Shown: one piece after another, positions 9,901 through 15,087 of the stretch | Layout of the letters: every line of letters starts with the position of its first letter | Position numbering within the stretch: the first letter of the stretch is position 1 | DNA from: Vitrella brassicaformis CCMP3155 | Lineage: Eukaryota > Protista > Chromerida | Length of the DNA: 15,087 nt | NCBI GenBank assembly: GCA_001179505.1 | Contig: CDMY01000858.1 | Span: 1 to 15,087 of the forward strand | Direction of reading: 5' to 3' | Program-made: the position numbers and the translations under genes | The notes under the pieces: model-generated | Seen by the model: only the letters and a program-made list of their open reading frames with translations | Databases searched by the model: none | What the model was told of the DNA's origin: nothing

Positions 9901-12900
9901 GTCCCTCCGCGAGCAACGTGTCGATATCCTCCTTGATACTAGGCTTGGAAGACCAATCCCACCACACGACACCAGCAGCTGGCGCTTTCAGGCCTCTCTC
10001 GATTGCAGCCACGAGGGTCTCCTGGGACCTCTCGGCCACAATGATCGGCCGCATATCTTGCTCAGTGAGTGCATCAGACTCCAATGTGAGATGCGGGATC
10101 CACTTGGTCTCCCACAACTCACCATCTGCTTCGAAGAGCGACAGCTCCCGCGGACGTAGCTTCTCGATAAATGCGGCCTCCATCTGGCGCAGGCTGACGT
10201 TCTTCAGGTAGGCGGCCATGCGGCCCCTGCTGTCCTGAATGACCACATCGATGGTGGCAGCACGGTCCCCGCGCTTCAGCNNNNNNNNNNNNNNNNNNNN
10301 NNNNNNNNNNNNNNNNNNNNNNNNNNNNNNNNNNNNNNNNNNNNNNNNNNNNNNNNNNNNNNNNNNNNNNNNNNNNNNNNNNNNNNNNNNNNNNNNNNNN
10401 NNNNNNNNNNNNNNNNNNNNNNNNNNNNNNNNNNNNNNNNNNNNNNNNNNNNNNNNNNNNNNNNNNNNNNNNNNNNNNNNNNNNNNNNNNNNNNNNNNNN
10501 NNNNNNNNNNNNNNNNNNNNNNNNNNNNNNNNNNNNNNNNNNNNNNNNNNNNNNNNNNNNNNNNNNNNNNNNNNNNNNNNCCATACACCTCATCCCCCAC
10601 TTTGAAGGAGGTATTTTCATCGCCGGCAATGCGTGTGACCGTCCCACTGCACTCTCCCCCGGCATCAACCGACACTCTTTCAGCAGACGCACAAGCGCCG
10701 AGCACCAGCAGGAGATCGCGAAAGTTGAGACCCGCGGCCCTCACGCGAATCTCCATCTCTCCGGGGGCCAGCTCTCTCCGATCCTCAGGAGCTTGAGCGC
10801 GCAATTTCAGCATGCTCTTGAGCGATCCTCGGCCAGACAGCTCCAGCTCAACGGGCCCTCGCGCCACAAGGGAGCTCTTAGTCAGCCGATGCGCGTAGAT
10901 AACGTCGGCGCGCACGGCAATTTCCGTCTCTTCCTCATTCATGAACCGTGATGAGCTGGCCGCGACGCAAAGCAGCTGGTCCTCCCAGCTTGCCGAACTC
11001 GGTCCATCTAAATCCACAGTCACGAGGCGAGCTGCATCCTGCCGCTCGAGCCTCGCGCTTCGCAGCATGCCCCAGATGCCCGCATGGACGGGTCGTCCCA
11101 CGGCGGGGTCACGGGCGTGCATCCTGTGGATGGTGGACGTGAAGAAGAGGGCACCGCTGTTGTGTTGCGAGCCCGAGTCGCCGTCAATGAGGGCTGCTGC
11201 CACTTGCATGGCCCCCAGAAGAACGTGCTGCGCATCAACGTCCGAGGTCAGTCCAAGCAGACACATGACCGTCTGCCCTCGTCCCTCCGCGAGCAACGTG
11301 TCGATATCCTCCTTGACACTAGGCGCGGAAGACCCATCCCACCACACGACACCAGCAGCTGGCGCTTTCAGGCCTCTCTCGATTGCAGCCACGAGGGTCT
11401 CCTGGGACCTCTCGGCCACAATGATCGGCCGCATATCTTGCTCAGTGGTTGCATCGGAGTCCAATGTGAGATGCGGGATCCACTTGGTCTCCCACAATTC
11501 ACCATCTGCTTTGTGGATCGACATCTCCCTCAAAACTAGCTTCTCGATAGATGCGGCCTCCATCTGCCGCAGGCTGACGTTTTTGAGGCACGCGGCCATG
11601 CGGCCCCTGCTGTCCTGAATGACCACATCGATGGTGGCAGCACGGTCCCCGCGCTTCAGCAGGCGGGCGTGGCTCCACAGCTCGCTCGACGGGCTCACAC
11701 GCGCCAGTGAGACCCTCTCCACCCCCGCGGGCACCAGAACTGCCTTGGTATTCCCCTTGCCGGACTGATCGGCCGCGAGTACCGCAGCGGCTGACTGCAG
11801 CGCACCGTCTAGGATGGCGGGATGCAGCCGGAAGCCTCCCTCGAATGGCTTGATGGGCGGGTCGAGCTTGAGCAGGGCCAGAGCCTGGTCGTCCGACACC
11901 AACAGCTCCCTCACCGTCTGGAACCTCGGACCGTACGCCAAACCGATCTCCTTGAGCTGCGTGTAGAACTCTGCAACTGGGGCGACCTTGTTGCACCGGT
12001 GTTTGAGGGCCGTGAGGTCCTCCACCAGGTCTCTCTCGCCGTCCCCCGCACCCGCGACCTTGACCAAACGGGCGGTTGCATGCGGCACAAAGCCCTCCTC
12101 GCCTGGCGCCCGCGTGGCGATCTCGACGGCCATGGGGGGCATGGCAGCGTCGGTATCGGTGGTCGGCTGCTTCTCGACGGTGACACGGAGGGTGGGCATC
12201 TTCGGCTCATCCTGTTTGTCGTCAGCTTTGGCCAGCATGAGCGGCCGCTCGAACGACACCTCCTCCAGGTGCACCAGCTCCTCCGCCGATGACGTCTTGG
12301 CGCCCCTCTCCGCCTGCGCAGCCGCCAGGCCTGCACTGGCCATAATGTCAATCCACCCTGCGCCGGGCATCAGAGGCACGCCTGCGTACCAATCAAGACA
12401 TAGAAACACAGCCAGCCACATGATGTGTGCTTCAAGCAGCAAGGAGGTGTGTGTGTGTGCGGTGCGTGGCATACCGAGGACGACATTGTCCTCGATGAGC
12501 GCCTTGAGGTCTTGTCGCAGGGTGGCTTCGAAGGTCAGGCCGATCGGGGTCGTGTGCTGGCGACCGAGCGCAGGATGGGCCGCCTCGACCCACGGAAAGC
12601 TCCGGTGGTTCCACTGGTGAGTGCCCTTGAGCTTGGCGAGGCACGTCGCGACCGTCAGGCTGGCACCGTCCTGGTCGTCCTTGGTGGGGTCCATGGGCGC
12701 CAGCCAATGCAGGTCCATCTCTTGGGCAACGTCTTGCAGGCACTGCTTGCCCATTCCGATAAGTGTGGGCCGTGGGCCAACCTCAACGATCACACGGGCG
12801 CCGGCCTCGACCATGGCTCGCATGCCGTCCATGAAGCGCACGGGGTGGGTGATGTGTTTGGCCCAGTACTCGCCCCGCATGACCTCGTCGCCGGCCACCT

Positions 12901-15087
12901 TGCCGCTGACGTTGGACACCAGGGGGATCTTGGCAGTCTTGAGGTTGACTGTGGACAGCACCTGCTGGAAGGGAGCCACCGTCTCGGCCATGAGCGGCGA
13001 GTGGAAGGCATGTGACACTCTGAGGAGCTTGTAACGGCCCCCCACCTTGAGCGCCTTCATCACGGCCTCGACCTCGCCCCGCTTGCCAGACACCACCACA
13101 CTCTTGGGGCCGTTGACGGCCGCGACAGAGACGGTCTTGGTCTCATATTCTCCCACACTTGCAATGCCCTTGAGCACCTCCTCCTCGCTGAGACGACAGG
13201 CGGCCATGACGCCATCATTCTGTGAAGCGTCGTTCATGATTCGTGCTCGTTCCACGATGAGCTTGAGTCCGTCCTCGAGGCTCATCACGCCGGCGATGGT
13301 GGCGGCCACGTACTCGCCCATGCTGTGGCCCATGACCACATCGGGCGTCACACCACGGCTCCGCAAAAGCTGAGCCAACGAATACTCAACAGCGAAGATC
13401 AGCGGCTGGGAGAACCGAGTCTGGTCGATCATTTCCTGTATTTTGGTCTTGGCCTNNNNNNNNNNNNNNNNNNNNNNNNNNNNNNNNNNNNNNNNNNNNN
13501 NNNNNNNNNNNNNNNNNNNNNNNNNNNNNNNNNNNNNNNNNNNNNNNNNNNNNNNNNNNNNNNNNNNNNNNNNNNNNNNNNNNNNNNNNNNNNNNNNNNN
13601 NNNNNNNNNNNNNNNNNNNNNNNNNNNNNNNNNNNNNNNNNNNNNNNNNNNNNNNNNNNNNNNNNNNNNNNNNNNNNNNNNNNNNNNNNNNNNNNNNNNN
13701 NNNNNNNNNNNNNNNNNNNNNNNNNNNNNNNNNNNNNNNNNNNNNNNNNNNNNNNTCTCTTGGGCAACGTCTTGCAGGCACTGCTTGCCCATTCCGATAA
13801 GTGTGGGCCGTGGGCCAACCTCAACGATCACACGGGCGCCGGCCTCGACCATGGCTCGCATGCCGTCCATGAAGCGCACGGGGTGGGTGATGTGTTTGGC
13901 CCAGTACTCGCCCCGCATGACCTCGTCGCCGGCCACCTTGCCGCTGACGTTGGACACCAGGGGGATCTTGGCAGTCTTGAGGTTGACTGTGGACAGCACC
14001 TGCTGGAAGGGAGCCACCGTCTCGGCCATGAGCGGCGAGTGGAAGGCATGTGACACTCTGAGGAGCTTGTAACGGCCCCCCACCTCAAGCGCCTTCATCA
14101 CGGCCTCGACCTCGCCCCGCTTGCCAGACACCACCACACTCTTGGGGCCGTTGACGGCCGCCACAGAGACGGTCCTGGTCTCATCCTCGCCCACACTTGC
14201 AATGCCCTTGAGCACCTCCTCCTCGCTGAGACGACAGGCGGCCATGACGCCATCATTCTGTGGAGCGTCGTTCATGATTCGTGCTCGTTCCGCGATGAGC
14301 TTGAGTCCGTCCTCGAGGCTCATGACGCCGGCGACCGTGGCGGCCACGTACTCGCCCAGGCTGTGGCCCATGACCACATCGGGCGTCACACCATGGCTCC
14401 GCAAAAGCTGAGCCAACGAGTACTCGACAGCGAAGATCAGCGGCTGCAAGAAACGAGTCTGGTCGATCACTTCCTGCATTTTGGTCTTGTCCTGGTCGGT
14501 CTTGGGGTACAGGATGCCTGTAAGTGGCACAGGCAGCAGCGGATCAAAGACAGTCGCGCACTGGTCGATGCAGCTCCGGAACACCTCCTCGTTGTCATAG
14601 AGCTTGCGCCCCATGTCGACGTACTGGGAACCCTGCCCGGTGAACATGAACCCGATCTTGTTCTGCAGCGCCGCCGACCCACTGTCCTCGTTGAGCATCT
14701 CATCGATCTGCGCGGCACTGAGCGCCTTGGTCTCCACCAGGATATGAGCATTGGCGCCACCGAATCCGAATGAGCTGACGCCGCCGACCATGCAGTCCTT
14801 GCCCGGCAGACCGGACACCAGTGGCACTGGCTCGGTGGGGAAGACCACTGGGAAGGCGTCGTTCATCGCTAAGTAGGAGTTCAGCTGAGTGAAGTGCAGA
14901 TTGGGGGCCGCGCAGCCGTGCAGGAGCGTCATGATGAGCTTCGCGAGACCCGCTATGCCCGCGGATCCCTCCAAGTGGCCGATATTGGTCTTGAGTGCAC
15001 CCAGCACAAGAGGATTCTTGTCACTGCGGCCAGGGCCGAACACAGCCTTCAGGGCGCCGAACTCGATGGGGTCGCCGAGAGAAGTGC
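2..15087 (-). CDS. Giant modular cis-AT type I polyketide synthase, partial at both ends; fragmented by six assembly gaps, one intron and one frameshift
   Basis: Ordered PKS motifs on the minus strand across the whole window: GTSLGDPIE, KTNIGHLEG, SSFGFGG (KS); GQGSQ, GHSLG, HAFH (AT); HPALG, DGALQ (DH); LNFRD, HAASGGVG (ER); TGGLGGLG (KR); EVGAGTGG, NVLHAT (MT); GIDSL (ACP); DPQQR, DTACSSS (KS). Confidence 0.97.
935..1234. other. Assembly gap (300 N) within KS; hides the first catalytic His of HGTGT
   Basis: N run; flanks are not duplicated. Confidence 1.
1235..2070 (-). CDS. PKS segment: ACP-KS linker and N-terminal two-thirds of the next ketosynthase
   Basis: ESLAVVGVSCRLPGG, FDNAFF, MDPQQRLMLE, GPSMTIDTACSSS (active Cys at 1501-1503), ANGYVRGEGAG. 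Confidence 0.96.
2070..2807 (-). CDS. PKS segment: second copy of relic-KR tail and complete ACP
   Basis: [44 protein letters not shown]. The phosphopantetheine attachment Ser is at 2196-2198. Confidence 0.95.
2116..3804. repeat. Gap-flanking duplication 2116-2807 / 3110-3804 (relic KR tail and ACP)
   Basis: About 690 bp, about 20 substitutions plus one 3-nt indel (LGKAAE vs LGKFTAE). Confidence 0.92.
2808..3107. other. Assembly gap (300 N), duplicated flanks
   Basis: N run. Confidence 1.
3108..4716 (-). CDS. PKS segment: duplicated MT core, relic KR Rossmann-like region, ACP
   Basis: EVGAGTGG (4564-4587), NVLHAT (4348-4365), VLVCGDVEVIALAAAQALIQQGCKTLVVASW (KR-like, glycines lost), [13 protein letters not shown] (3184-3201), [10 protein letters not shown]. 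Confidence 0.92.
4048..5685. repeat. Gap-flanking duplication 4048-4716 / 5017-5685 (MT core)
   Basis: 669 bp, offset 969, one synonymous mismatch seen (4444 T vs 5413 C). Confidence 0.93.
4717..5016. other. Assembly gap (300 N), duplicated flanks
   Basis: N run. Confidence 1.
5017..6719 (-). CDS. PKS segment: relic ER N-terminal region followed by a SAM-dependent C-methyltransferase
   Basis: ACGGIVAEVGDAVSHLKVGD resembles the ER GroES-like segment. MT motifs: EVGAGTGG (5533-5556), YFFTDIS, FDVERDP, NVLHAT (5317-5334), FGLLEGWW. Confidence 0.9.
6720..7019. other. Assembly gap (300 N) between relic psiKR and relic ER
   Basis: N run; flanks are not duplicated. Confidence 1.
7020..10280 (-). 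CDS. PKS segment: duplicated DH end and psiKR, complete enoylreductase (about 9470-8480), ketoreductase (about 8410-7690), then a degenerate psiKR-like region
   Basis: ER: LNFRD, HAASGGVG (9002-9025), GWFVEIGKR, HIGKIVL. KR: YVITGGLGGLG (about 8372-8400), HAAGTLSD, PKVQGA, SSIAGLLGNFGQANHAAAN. Confidence 0.95.
9201..11660. repeat. Gap-flanking duplication 9201-10280 / 10581-11660 (DH end, psiKR, ER start)
   Basis: 1080 bp, offset 1380, about 39 mismatches, no indels. Confidence 0.93.
10281..10580. other. Assembly gap (300 N), duplicated flanks
   Basis: N run. Confidence 1.
10581..13455 (-). CDS. PKS segment: second copy of AT C-terminal part, dehydratase (DH, with intron), structural psiKR, ER N-terminal part
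   Basis: GHSMG (13316-13330), HAFH (13001-13012), HPALG (about 12577), GLAYGPRF, HPAILDGALQ, VWGML-like GIWGMLRSARLE (psiKR), AAGLNFRD and GECSG (ER). Confidence 0.95.
12382..12474 (-). other. Spliceosomal intron, 93 nt, phase 1, in frame and stop-free, inside the DH active-site motif
   Basis: Minus strand reads ...GTCCTCG|GTATGCCACGCACCGCACACACACACACC...TCTTGATTGGTACGCAG|GCGTGCCT... It has a GT donor, a CAG acceptor and a (CA)6 tract. Removing it deletes 31 aa (MPRTAHTHTSLLLEAHIMWLAVFLCLDWYAG) and restores the DH motif spacing N-VVL-G-VPLM-P. Confidence 0.9.
12447..12459 (+). repeat. (GT)6 microsatellite inside the intron
   Basis: GTGTGTGTGTGTG read directly; the only such tract I saw in the window. 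Confidence 0.85.
12718..14493. repeat. Gap-flanking duplication 12718-13455 / 13756-14493 (AT C-terminal part)
   Basis: 738 bp, offset 1038, about 22 mismatches, all within 13046-13455. Confidence 0.93.
13456..13755. other. Assembly gap (300 N), duplicated flanks
   Basis: N run. Confidence 1.
13756..15087 (-). CDS. PKS segment: KS C-terminal part and complete acyltransferase (AT), malonyl-CoA type
   Basis: TSLGDPIE...KTNIGHLEGSAG...GVSSFGFGGANAH, then IGFMFTGQGSQY, GHSLG (14354-14368), conserved Arg (IAERARIM), HAFH (14039-14050). The frame is open to the window edge. Confidence 0.96.
14161..15087. repeat. Direct repeat of 1-927 (KS-AT)
   Basis: Same alignment as for 1-927. Confidence 0.95.

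Noticed and set aside
13316-13330. AT variant GHSMG as a specificity switch
   Set aside because: The catalytic Ser, the Arg and HAFH are unchanged. An L->M change after the Ser is conservative and gives no support for a different extender unit.
935-13755. Regular 300-N blocks as a biological periodic feature, CRISPR array or mobile element
   Set aside because: The identical length marks a scaffolder placeholder. No short repeat-spacer array, terminal inverted repeats or transposase motifs were seen.
42-14773. Many plus-strand and alternate-frame ORFs (e.g. 835-2121, 4093-4617, 8915-9571, 9576-10211, 10941-11618, 11988-12620)
   Set aside because: These are shadow ORFs of GC-rich PKS coding sequence. 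They have no recognisable motifs, several are open only because they run through N gaps, and they repeat exactly where the PKS repeats.
6500-15043. The 2,847-aa ORF as a real protein with tandem AT-AT and ER-ER
   Set aside because: The frame is kept across the gaps only because the offsets (1038, 1380) are multiples of 3. The duplicates are partial domains that start and end at gap edges. The C-terminal tail after gap 6720-7019 is out of frame, and the start at 15043 is an internal GTG.
1-15087. rRNA, tRNA, ncRNA, promoters, terminators, thioesterase or NRPS domains
   Set aside because: None were recognisable; essentially all called bases are accounted for by PKS exons and one intron.

Overview
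The whole window is coding sequence, on the minus strand, from a very large modular cis-AT type I polyketide synthase. Neither end of the gene is in view. Six 300-N scaffold gaps interrupt it (935-1234, 2808-3107, 4717-5016, 6720-7019, 10281-10580, 13456-13755). Four gaps are flanked by 0.67-1.08 kb duplications, three of them about 96-97% identical and one nearly identical. The first 927 bp repeat the last 927 bp at about 94% identity. The scaffold therefore looks like one module stitched together from several near-identical tandem modules. With the duplications collapsed, the module reads KS - AT (malonyl-type, GHSLG/HAFH) - DH - psiKR - ER - KR - [relic psiKR - relic ER - C-methyltransferase - relic KR] - ACP, followed by the next KS-AT. 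That is roughly 3,100 aa, longer than a standard fully reducing module. A 93-nt in-frame GT-AG intron with a CA microsatellite lies inside the DH active-site motif, indicating a eukaryotic host; an alveolate (chromerid/apicomplexan-like) source is my inference only. The DH has His->Asn and the KR has Tyr->His at their catalytic positions, while the ER and MT motifs look intact. A one-base frameshift in a G5 run separates ACP from the next KS. All identities and mismatch numbers are hand counts.
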